NCBI GenBank assembly: GCA_965649825.1
Contig: OZ287706.1
Coordinates: 248,001-312,000 of the forward strand
Source: Penicillus capitatus
Taxonomy: Eukaryota; Plantae; Chlorophyta
Length of the DNA: 64,000 nucleotides
Reading direction: 5' to 3'
Below the pieces are notes generated by a model. The model was not told where the DNA came from. It did no database searches and worked only from the letters and a program-made list of their open reading frames with translations. The translations under genes and the position numbers were made by a program. Each line of letters opens with the position of its first letter. Within the stretch, counting starts at the first letter, position 1. This document shows, in pieces, positions 49,980 to 60,848 of the stretch.

Positions 49980-50940
49980 TCAGCCATCAAAGAAAGCAAT
50001 CGCCGCAACTTGGCCACCTTTCATGGCGTTCGAATGATCATCCCTGCGAAGCTTCAGGAGTACTCTCACCTGGAGGGGTGGGAGTATTCCCACCGCCCAA
50101 GACTGCTTGCACGTCCCGTCCGTCGGCGGTCAATACAACGAGGACGCCATCGACGACGGACACATTGATTTGGTCCACGACCACTCCCGGGGTGACAAGA
50201 GCCAAGGCCATGGAGATGACTTGTTCATAAGGAGGCGCAAGAGATGCAGCCAGCTCGGTTGAGGAAGAACTTTCTTGACCCGCTCCGCTCAGGCACAATG
50301 CATTCTGTGCCGATTCGAAGAAGGCAACAGTCACTGTCGCAATCGCATCGATCGCGGCAGTGGGGTTGACAAATGCGATAAGGTCGGAGGCCGCAGAGAG
50401 AACCTAATCAGCACATCGATGCATCCGACCGTCAGCGGCCAAAGGAGAGGGCGCACTTCGACGAGGTCTCTAGCAACGGTGCTGGCTGCATTGTCGGAAG
50501 GGATGGTTGCCTGACCGCACGCATCGCCACCTCCTCCCGTCGAAGAGAGCTCAACGGAAACTGCTTGAATGAAGGCATCGGCGACGGCCATTGCGTAGCT
50601 TTGTGCAACGGATTCTGCGAGAGAAATGGCGGCGCCGCCCGATTCGATCTCCGCAACAGCATTCGCGACAGCAGATTCCAACAGGTTGCGCGCTTCCGCC
50701 GCGGAGAACTCTCTCGCGACGCTGCTCGCGGCGACGCTAACAGTGCCCGGTTCGTCCACTGTAAGGCTTCCACTCACCGTGGCGACGGCCTGCAGCAGCG
50801 ACTTTCCTGCAGAGCCCGACATCTCACGGACCTGCACACTGCCTTTACAACAGACAGTTGTTACGCCTTTTCGCCGTTACTGCAAAGACGTGCTGAGCGC
50901 AAAGCACGAGAGAGAGGAGAAGGATCGATCCTCGATGCAT
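49980..50940 (-). CDS. Secreted Ala/Ser-rich protein, paralog C
   Basis: MHRGSILLLSLVLCAQHVFA|VREMSGSAGKSLLQ...DACGQA...DLVE|VLSAASDLIAFV..NALC...|GQVAAIAFFDG*. Confidence 0.85.
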
Positions 50941-51811
50941 CTTTGCTTTATCTCGGTACGGAATGATTGTTCCGACGCGATACAAGCTCGTCGAAATCTG
51001 AAGAAGACAAACTTGATACTTTCTTCGATACGAGTGAATTGGTGATTGGGTCTCCGACTCGGATGCCTTTTATCCTGTCAATCCTGCCGCGGCCTTGGGA
51101 ACCTGCCACGAATACTAGCAGCTGTCCAGCGTCTGACATCCGCGGTGGTCATCACGTGGAATGTTCCCGTCAGTTCATTTTCGCTACCCGACGCGCTTTT
51201 CGCGCGATTTGATTGGAGCGGGTGCTGACGTCGACAGCGAAGCTGCCGGCGAAGTCAATCGTCAGACTCCGGGCAATACGCGCAAACTGTACATCTGAGA
51301 AGCTCCTCCATCCCAGACTTGGGTAAGAAACTGTACGAGCCATAATTGTTCGTTTACCGATGTAAGCGAACAAACTTCAGACTGACATCCACCTTCCATG
51401 TCATCTACAGAACGGGAGGTCAAAAGCATGGCGTGCTCAAATCTGTTGTTCCGTGGCGGCTTCAGGTAAGTTTCCTCTAAGAGATGGTGGGTCTCCTCTG
51501 CCACACGCCTTTCTGTACAATTCGCTGCGCGTGCGGAGAAGAGAAACCAGCAGCGAGGCATTCGGCTCGAACCACGACCGTCTAAAGGCGCGTTGCTTTA
51601 TCGACGGTTGAATTTATTTGGAGGCGGTGTTTTGTCAGAATCTCTCGACAGAGAGAGAGAGTAGATCGTGGGTTGATTGCTTTCTTATATACAAGGTCGG
51701 TGTTGGTAAGCGGACAGTGACTGGACTTTGCTTTCGTCAGGTCTTATCGCCGTTCCTCAGCGCGATTGGCGCGTTCGTGATACGTGACAAGACAGTTGAA
51801 GGCGGGTTTCG

Positions 51812-52295
51812 ATGATCGTTCGCTGTCTCCAAGCTCACCGTCTACTCCATCCTCCGCGTCAAACCTCTCTCCTCCCGCGGTGTCATCCCCGTCGACGAAA
51901 AAGCGCAGATAGCTACACTGCCCAACATCGCACTCGTCAAACCGTCCCTCCCCTTTTCCGACTCCCGGCCTCCGACGCGTCAGAAATTGGCCAAATGAGT
52001 GGCGCCATTATCGACTCCATGAAAACAAAGATCCAAGAAGCTTTAAACGCAGAGAAGGTCGAGATCGTCGACGTCGAGGGCGATGCACGTCATGTGACCA
52101 TCAATGTCGTCGCCTCTGCCTTTGAAGGTAAGCAGACACCACAGCACCCCTCCATTTCTCACTCTCTTATGATCAGGCAAATCGAGCGTCGATCGTCAGC
52201 GAATGGTCTACAAAGCGATCTGGCTGGAACTGCAGGATGCCGTCCATGCCGTCGATACGATGACAACATCGACACCCAACGAAGCAACGACTTAG
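51812..52295 (+). CDS. BOLA4: BolA-family protein with organellar transit peptide (BolA4-like)
   Basis: [37 protein letters not shown]|[26 protein letters not shown]; GTAAGC...CAG intron. Confidence 0.92.
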
Positions 52296-52355
52296 AAAGA
52301 CGTATCCAACCAACTGTTATCAATGTCCCATTCCCTGAGTTCCCTACTCGTGCAC

Positions 52356-53455
52356 TCAATGGCAGTTAAGAACGAGCCACTGAACGGCGGCTTCGATCTG
52401 GTTGTTATTCTCTAGTAGGGCGTCGACGGCATGTCGGCGCGTGTATCCCAATTCCATAATCTTCTCAATGGCTCCCGGATCTGCCTCGACCTCTTCATCC
52501 TCTTCCTCTTCGATCTTTTTGCGAGTTCCTTTTCGTGGCCTCTTGCAGAAAGGCTCCTCACATACGATAGCGATTTCGCGTTTCTTGCAGGGCAGATGTT
52601 GTCGCATGCCCACATGTGGCTGACAGAGACGATACAACCGCACTGCTTCTTCTCTCAGTTCTCTCAGCGCCCGAATCTTCTCCGTGCGCTTCATCAACGT
52701 CACATCTCGATCTAACGTCACATCATCTCACTCAAATGAACGATGTACTTCGAAGCATCTACGCAGTGATGTGACAGGCTTTCGATGACGGGATGCACAA
52801 GTCACGCTTTCTTCTTGCGATCGCAAAACTGTTCTTCGAATCTTTTCCAATTCTTCATCCACTGCAGCCTCCTGTGCTTCTGTCAGGCCATACTGCGCGA
52901 TAACATCTGTTCTTCTCCTTTCCCTATCCTCTGGCAAAATTGTCCCTGATGTTCGTCATCACACGTCACATCGCATGGATGTTGCACAGAGAATGCCTGC
53001 GGTGTTGATAATGACCCCTCCCTTTCGAGTCACATCTCTTCGTGCTGCATTATCTCGACGGACCCTCTCCACATCCACACACAATCCCGAAAACACTGCC
53101 TGGATTTCGAGACACTTCACAGAACTGTCTTTTCAGACCTGATAGCGATTGCTGCCCCAGGAGGCGCTGTGTCTGATTGTACAATTGACCCGTGAGTTTT
53201 CCCGGCAGCAATCCCGTATTCAACACCGCTGTCCATTGGCCGCTGCCATACTTCATGAGACAAAGCTCAAGGATTCGCGTTTCTTCGGCTGTCCATCCAG
53301 GGGCGCTCGTAAAATTCCACCTGACGTCATGACACGTCGTTCAATAACGTGCCGTCCGAAAACGGGCGTCATGTGCGTCCCGGTCGCAGCGACGTCGCGC
53401 CTCACAGTGATTTTGCGTCGCCAGTAGAAGGACCACGTTTCTTGTCCGTAGCCAT
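52356..53455 (-). CDS. AMTP1: Homolog of p1/AMTP1 (HTH subunit of the MTA1/AMT1 DNA N6-adenine methyltransferase complex) with C-terminal UBA domain
   Basis: Spliced MATDKKRGPSTGDAKSL|WNFTSAPGWTAEETRILELCLMKYGSGQWTAVLNTGLLPGKLTGQLYNQTQRLLGQQSLS|VFSGLCVDVERVRRDN..RKGGVIINT matches the recalled ciliate p1 signature KSLWNYTLSPGW..QTQRLLGQQSL..RKN..IINTG. C-terminus PGAIEKIMELGYTRRHAVDALLENNNQIEAAVQWL is UBA-like. Confidence 0.85.
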
Positions 53456-53752
53456 GATGATCTCATGCAACTCGTCAAGCACAGCGCAAAAATGGAAGCA
53501 GAATTGCAAAAATGGTCAACACGTGCCGACGGCATGCACGACGCAGGCTCTGGCGCATTGCGCGAACGGCCTTCTGTGTCCGCCGACCCTCGCAGCAATG
53601 CGTTCTCCTTCATGACGCCCGTTGTCACTGCGTGTTCATTCGAATCGTACACGCCAAAGTGGCGCTTTTATCGAAAGGGATGTCCTGGACAGGTGACTTG
53701 GCTGAAGAAAGGACCTCAGCACCCACCCCGTCGTACATGTCGTACATGAGCC

Positions 53753-54526
53753 ATGGCGGAAACGCAGACCGACCTCAAACGCAAAGCGGCGGAAAGACGC
53801 CAACGGATCTTGAACAACGCAGCGACGCGCATGAGCCGCATTCATGGTCGTCCTGTCGAAGAGACGACGCTGCTGGAAGACGCTGTCGTCCATGAGCCTT
53901 CTGTGGAGACACCTCCTCGCACCGAACGCCCCATGAGCACCACGGATGTCGCCGCGCGGTGCGAAGTGGCGCCAAAGGTGAAGGAGAGAGAAAAGACATC
54001 GCCGTCCACTGGGTCTCCCTTCGAAATGGCAGCAGTTGTCATGCACGTCACACATCGTCTGCAAATTGTGGTCGCTTCGATACTGGCTGTTTGGTATGCC
54101 TTCTTCGGATGGGTATCATCCTCACCACTCGGTCTCCTCTTCGTCAGCGAAGTCCTTCCTCGATGTCGCCGCCACGATTTGACAGCTCTGCCATAGGTCA
54201 CCCTCATCTCTGGGTCGTGGATGTATCTCTCTCTTGTGCCACGCCTCAAAACGCGACAAGTATGCGTCCCATGTGATGGACAGGGGAGATGTCGGGCGGG
54301 TCTGTTGCAGATTGAGCAGCTGCGTCAGGAGAGGCGATTGCTGCGCAGTCTTGGAGGGAGTTGGATTCCGAATGTCCTTTATCGCGTCCATACCGTCGCC
54401 GCTTTGCTTGGCATCGTCAATGACGTGCATCTCTGTTTTCGAATCGTCTACGCCGACGTCGCCGTTTTTGTCGTCTTGTGCATCGCCCTGCGTCGAATGG
54501 AGGATCTGTCAGCGGAAGAGTTATGA
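53753..54526 (+). CDS. GET2: GET2/CAML-like ER tail-anchored protein insertase subunit
   Basis: N-terminal basic helix KRKAAERRQRILNNAATRMSRIHG, disordered linker, C-terminal TM segments. Confidence 0.6.
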
Positions 54527-54575
54527 GGCTGCAGTTAAAAGGGAAGGCGATAGGGCATGGACAATGCGGAAATGT

Positions 54576-54935
54576 TCATTCTTGTGTGCTTCTGTGTGTG
54601 ACGTGCGTTTTCTGAGCGACATTCCAGAAATACCAACGGCGAAGCTGATTGAGTTGCGCCATCTCATTGCAGATGTGACATGCCAAGAGGAGATAGTTAC
54701 GTGGCTGCACTCTCCAGGCGAAGCGCATGAAGAGAAGGGAATAGACGCAGAGGACGCCAGTCATCTTGGGCGAAATGATCTCGGGAGACTTGCGTGCATC
54801 TGAAAGACCCGCCAGGACGAAACCCCAATTGGCAGCAGGACCCCAGAAGTGTGTTGTAAAGATGCCTTCGTTTGAATACGCCCAAGTGCGAAAACGCGAT
54901 AGCAGACCGACGGCGCTCTTCCCATTCGCAGCCAT
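54576..54935 (-). CDS. MPC1: Mitochondrial pyruvate carrier (MPC1-like), intronless
   Basis: [56 protein letters not shown]; an in-frame upstream ATG lies at 54995. Confidence 0.97.
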   Translation of the reverse strand: MAANGKSAVGLLSRFRTWAYSNEGIFTTHFWGPAANWGFVLAGLSDARKSPEIISPKMTGVLCVYSLLFMRFAWRVQPRNYLLLACHICNEMAQLNQLRRWYFWNVAQKTHVTHRSTQE

Positions 54936-54984
54936 GGAGACGAAGGCGACAAAACGGTGCGCGTACCGGTTCGTTTTTCCGTTG

Positions 54985-54989
54985 TTACA
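54985..54989 (-). terminator. TGTAA poly(A) signal downstream of the NUP155 N-half stop
   Basis: Minus strand reads TGA ttcgaacgcatgcca TGTAA, 15 nt after the stop at 55005-55007. Confidence 0.45.
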
Positions 54990-55004
54990 TGGCATGCGTT
55001 CGAA

Positions 55005-57693
55005 TCAGAGATAAGTATTCTTGAGCGGTCCATTCAAAATCTCCAGTCGTGATTGGAGAACGCTTGACGTTGTCGCCTCGGCAGCTTCTTTCAATCTCCG
55101 CAGCCCCTGAACGCCCGTTTTCAGATCAGCACTTAAGGTGGATCAATGTGATCAACGTGATCAACATACTTCATAGCCATTGATATCTTTCTCGCTCCAG
55201 TAAGTCGAGGCATGGTGCTTGAAGAAATCCATGGACTGGTTATATTCACTGGTGTCCATTTTCAAGTGATCCATAAAGGATCTGATGAATGGTGTGATCG
55301 GCGACTCCAGTTTTCCGGCAAAGAGCAAACGACTGAAGATCTGCAGACACAGAGCCATCCTCACCAATCCGATGGAGTGGATGTTCAGGACCATGTCATT
55401 CAATGCTTGTCTTTCTTCTTCGCTCATGAGCTGAACGATGGAGTGGATCTCTCTCTTTCGAAAAGTGCCGACCAAGATGACTCCCTCACGGCATCTCTGC
55501 ATAAACAGCCTAAAGACAAGAAAACGGATGCTGTCGATAGGGCGGAGATCGATAGAGACGGCTGCTGTACAGAAGCGACATCATTTCGTGGATTTCGATC
55601 TGATCCACTTCGGTCGGGAAAATGAACTGCTCTGAGAGACGAGGATCAAACGGTTTGACATATTCCCCCACGACGTGACGTACGTCATCCAACGCCTGAA
55701 CGGTCCAGAACAGTGCTTGATGTGACAGTTCCTTTTCGGCTTTGAGCTGCCCGGTCGATGGATCTTGAGCAATAGTAAAGAGCTTCTTCCACCAGAACGG
55801 CTTCACGATCTGGCGCAAGATGAGAAGCACGCCCTTGAATGTATCTGAAAATTCGATGTCGTCTTCCGTCTCCGGTCTCTGATTTTCGACGAATGGCTGC
55901 CGTTCCGTAGCATTCTGTTGAGGAGGGGGTATCGTAGGGGGCATGAGTCTGGTCCTTTTCACTTTCTTTGCCTTTTCAAAAAGATCCTGCCGTCCAAAGA
56001 CGCTCTTGATCTGGACAGGATGGTACCGCCCGATCAGACAGAGCATCGCAGCGGTTTCCACTTTTCCATAGAGACGACAGAACTGTTCGACGCATCTGGA
56101 CAGCTGCTGAGGAAACTGAATCTTGAGAATCTCGTGGAGTTGCTCGATCGGAGGACGCACACGGAGAATCGATACGCTCTGTGTGTCCAGCACGATGTGT
56201 CGCGTCAGTGCCGGATTGCATTGCTGCGAGATGAAATCTGTCTCCCGTTCGAAGCCTTCAAAATTGACGCTCTGTTTTGCTTCATGGGTTGCTACGCTCA
56301 AAAAGCCATGGGGCAATTCATACTGTCTTCTCAAGAAAACCGCTCCGTTTTCGATGCGCTTTGTCGGTTCCGCTGCCAAGTACTGCATGACAGAGAAAGA
56401 TTGCACACGATCGAGCTCTTCACACACAAGCCAGGACGTCCCATCAGAGGAAGGCCGGATGGCTGTAACCGTGGCATTTCTGTTAAGGCGTTCGTCGAGA
56501 ACGGGTATCGGTCTGTCGTCATTGATCATCTCGCACTGATTGTAGAACCATCCATCGGATGCCCAATTGGCCGTATTCCAATAGAAACCCTCGAGGTATG
56601 TCACGGTAAACCGCAACCGACGTCCATCGCTGTAGATGCACATTCCACGAAACATGCATTCCTGGCTCTCGATCGGAACGACGTCGATCAGAGTCGACTG
56701 ACCAAAATGACCAGCGTTCGGAAACTCAGTAGCCACGCGACGAATGGGACTGGTCGGGTTATCTCCGCCGAGTGTAAACAGGGCCATTGTATTCGCAGCT
56801 CCGACCACGATCAGAATCTTGCTGTTCTCGTGGACCGTTAGCTTGACGACAGCTCTATTTTGAATAGGACTGGCCCATCCAAGTCCGTTCAACTTGCACT
56901 TTCTCCATCCCAGCGAGATTCCTGAAAGATGCCGTCGTGACGAATGCGAAGAGAATGGCATATGGAGGAGATAACCGTGGTACTGCAGTTCGTAGATGTG
57001 CCCCGAGGAGGTGCCCACAAAGATGCGACCCTGACAGCCGCCACAGACCACTGTCGGTCTCGAAGCAATGTCCGTTGAGATATCGGGACTCTTGAGATGC
57101 AACACATCATCCTTGTACGTCGCCACGAACAAATGAATCTGCACAAACGCATCCTCCGTTCATCATCTGCGACGTTTTTTTATCGACTTGTCACACTTCA
57201 CGCATGTACGCGAGGACGATGATTTTCTGATCGCGCTCGGCAAAGGTCTTTTCAACTGGCGTGACGCAACACATGGTTTGGATGTCGGCATCGACGGGCT
57301 TGTATCTGCGGCAGTTGGACTGGGCGTGATCGTGTCCAATGGACCAGCAAAACAGCTCCTTTCCCGCACTTACCAACACGACCCCATGCGGCCCCAATTC
57401 GGGGATCAATGCTGTAGACTTCACTGCTGCATCTCTGTATGCAGTTGTCGCCTCTGGAGGCCAACTCTGGCGCATCTCTTGGCACAAAACGCTGGGTAGC
57501 TGCACAAACAAACACATATGCATATATATGGTATCGAACGTCGGACGTCAGGAGAAGCCGTCTCGATCGTCGTTCGACGATGTGGTCCTTCGCTTGCCGT
57601 GACGGTCTCGAGCGATGGCGTATCCAAGTATCCAGCGATGATCGGGATGTGGGGCCCATTCTCACGATTCTTACGAAAACGAAAGACGTTCAT
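55005..57693 (-). CDS. NUP155: Nucleoporin NUP155, N-terminal ~780 aa only (beta-propeller plus first helical part)
   Basis: GRIFVGTSSGHIYELQY, QQC..LTRHIVL....LRVRPPIEQLHEIL, EQFCRLYGKVETAAM, FSDTFKGVLLILRQIVKPFW, FFKHHASTYWSEKDINGYE|GLRRLKEAAE. The last exon (from 55106) closes at TGA 55005-55007. Confidence 0.85.
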
Positions 57694-57979
57694 TTCACGC
57701 GCCAATCTGGAGAACGCTATCGAGGAGGTATTTCATCATTATGCGTATCTTCCCAACCGTAGACGCTCCCTTCCGCGTAGCCGTATACTTTTAATCGAGT
57801 TTCGCAGGAAATCTGCTGTTTTGAAAAGACAGACAGAGAGTTTCGCCCCGAACTCCTCATCGCACCACACTCTATCCGCACGCCGACAAATTGCTTTTCA
57901 TATTTGCACAATATCGTTTACTTCTCATCTGTGCCTCGCTAACGAACGTTACTAGCTGTTCAACTTCACCTATTTGAGC

Positions 57980-59886
57980 ATGGCTTCGTTGGAGCAGCTC
58001 AACGCCTATACGGCTCAGTGCTCCGATATCTCTTTTGAGGACTTTAGTTTCTCGCGGTCGACGGAATACGACCCTTCGAGTGAAGACTATTACGAGGTCC
58101 GTCGTGCTATTGCTTTCGACGCCTTGAATGTGGTGGCTCCCTGACAGGACGTTATTGAAGACCACGGCAAAGCGGGAGCCATTTTGGGCTTGATTTGTCT
58201 CGCCATTTTTGTCGTTTTGTCTTTATGTGGACTTATTCTCTGTTGCATTCCACACCATTTCGTCGAACATGCCGATTTCCTGAGAAACACACGAAAAAAT
58301 CTGCGCTGGTGTGTTGCCGCCGCCAGTAGAAGTGTGAAAAGAGTGAGATGTGTTGTCCATAGGTGGCAACGCCTTTTGAGTCTGTTGTTTGTTTTGGGCA
58401 TTATTTGCTGCACCGTCTTGGTTACAGCCATGAGCATCTGGGGCATTGTCCGTGTGGTGACAGACGTTCAGGACGTCGTTCCGGATTCCTTTGATTTTCT
58501 GGAAGAAACGAAGGACCAACTTCAATCCATCCACAACAATCTGACGGCGGCTGTTGACAATGGCAATGGCATTGTGAATGCCGTCCGTGACGCTGTTAAC
58601 CAAATCCGACGCGATTCCGCTGCGGCACTCCTTGAGACAATGCCCGAAGCGAATCAAACGTTCGCCGATGCGATGACGACGTTGGAAGAAGCAACAAACA
58701 GTGCAGAAGAGGCGCTTGAAGAAGTGAACAGCGAGATCAACCAGGTGCGCCTGTCTTTTCATTCTCCGATCTTCTGATCGACGTCCCGCAGAACCTCGAT
58801 GAGATACTGGACGGTATGAGAGATGCTGTTGGATACCGAGACGAGGGAGAGGAGATTAACGACGTTGGTCGCATCGTCGTCATCATCTCTTTCTGTCTCT
58901 TCATTGTGTTCTCTATTGGATCCACGCTCTTCTCCCTCTGTGGCGTGTCGCCTCGTTGCACACTCTTCTGGGCGATGATCATGTGGTTCATGTTAACCGT
59001 CGCTTTCTGTCTTGTGGGGGTACTCAACGTGGGCAGAGAGATCTCACGGGAATCGTGCCTCTACATCGACACCTATGCAGTGAAAGAACTGAGAGATGAA
59101 GTCGATCAAGATCCGGAACGCACAGAAGCGCTTCTCTGGTATTACTTCCGAGCACCCGGTATGATCGAGCTTCCATTTTGCAGACAGCCTATGATGCGCT
59201 ATCTGTTTCAGACAATCGCGATAGAAACCTGACCCAACTAGAGGACTTGTGGGGCTTCCCTTTGACAGACGTCATGGAATTTCTTAACACAGTGGAGGAC
59301 GAGATTTTCGATGAGAATGGTGAGTGAGCATCTTGCTGCATGTTGGACCTGTCACATCACTCACGGTTGTGTTTTCGCAGGTGTTGCTTTCCCATACTCT
59401 TTAGCCGAGGATTCAACACAAAATGCACTGGTGGCTGTTCAGCGGCTTGTTCCGCAAGCACGACGTGATATTGAATACGTGCAAGATCTCATTGGAGGGG
59501 AGACACTTCATACCATTCACTCCGATTTCAAGGATCTCCTCTGCTGTACGGAGTACGATTCTGTCGATGCCGTATGGAAGGCATGGGTCGTATCATCGGC
59601 ATTTGGTCTCATCATTGCCATTCTGATGACCCTCCAGGGGCTCATGTCCCTCAGATTTGGCAACAGTGCTGGTCCAGTGTCTTTCAAGACGGCAGCCGCA
59701 CGGGCGCCCACACAAAAGACATCTGCCTACATGGCACCTCCCGTTGCGGAAGAACACTATGGCACAGCAGATGGAATCGTCACCGGAAGAGACAGTTCGG
59801 GGACACCGTTGCGTACCGACAACAACACGACGTCGGACTCTACTGTCAAATATCCAACGCTCAATCCACCAGGTGCTTACCTCTAA
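57980..59886 (+). CDS. Tweety (TTYH)/prominin-like multi-pass membrane protein
   Basis: N-terminal YDPSSEDYYE, TM with Cys cluster (LCGLILCCI), second TM, long helical ectodomain, two further TMs, SCLYID and DLLCC..WKAW before the last TM: a Tweety-type 5-TM layout. Confidence 0.55.
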
Positions 59887-60095
59887 GACGCGATCTGTGA
59901 AGCGAGGTGGCTGCACAACCACTCTTAGCAATGGTATTATTTTAACTAATGGTGTGCTGGTTGTGGATCGATGTAACCTGATTCGAACGAAGTTGATAGG
60001 TCTGTAACGACCAATTGTATCTGGACATTCTATGAAAAGGGCGGATGCCTTATACAGCGTCACAAAAGAAAATCGGTCGATTCGTGCTTCGGATG

Positions 60096-60848
60096 TCAAA
60101 GAGGTGGACACAATAGACTCTCCCGTGTATCCACACCGGTCGCAGGATTGGTCCCCGTTGCGATTTGACAGAGATCTAGCTGCACGTCTTTGCGAAGCAC
60201 CACATCTGTCCAGTCGGTGTTGTCAATCTGGGCCCTACACGCAGAGGCGGTATGGGAGAAAGGCATTGTGGACGAGAGATACTTGGTGAGTTGGGTATTG
60301 TTGACATAGGCGCCTTCTAGAATCGCATTTCTCAGATCAGCACCTCTGGTCACGAAATCTGTCATGTTAGAGAGACGGACGGTTGGGTTACTCGAGATCG
60401 GCACTCTCCAAATCTGCATAGCGGAGGTTGGCTCCGTTGAAAATTGCTTCTTTGGCGATAGCTCCAAAGAAAGAAACATTTCTAAAGATTCATTTTAGAC
60501 ATGGAAAGCATCTCAGATGATGGAGATGCACTCCAGGTTGCAGTTGGTAAAGTCCGTTTGTCGTAGAATAGCTTTCGTGTAGCTGTTCTGTCGCAGATCC
60601 TGACCCGTGAAGGTCATTCCTGAGAGTGGCGTCGAGATGCCGCCGCCACCTGAAACGGCGAGGGATGAAGGTGGATGGATCAGTGGCCCTGCGAGCAAAC
60701 AGGATGCCACCAATCCGCCGACTCCCATAAGCTTCAAAGCGGTAAACGTCTGTTCCGTCTGCATCGTTTCGTGCCGAATGGTGGCATGACGACGCATAGA
60801 CGGTCGTGGAGATGGTCGCGCCAGTGGTTGAGAAAGGCAGGTCTTCAT
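60096..60848 (-). CDS. Thylakoid lumen pentapeptide-repeat protein (TL17-like)
   Basis: Bipartite transit ending SSLA, A(D/N)Lxx repeats (FTGQDL, FNGANLRYADLESADLE, GADLRNAILEGA), C-terminal TDWTDVVLRKDVQLDLC..ATGTNPATGVDTRESLLC. Confidence 0.92.

Noticed and set aside
51455-51475. U1 snRNA-like AAACTTACCTG on the minus strand
   Set aside because: The rest of U1 (stem-loops, Sm site) is absent; it is the complement of a consensus donor CAG|GTAAGT on the plus strand, perhaps a 5' UTR intron of BolA.
55918-56841. 307-aa plus-strand ORF and similar long ORFs opposite known genes (e.g. 8509-9201, 38265-38780, 58223-58762)
   Set aside because: These are shadow or alternate-frame ORFs overlapping conserved coding exons, with no motifs of their own.
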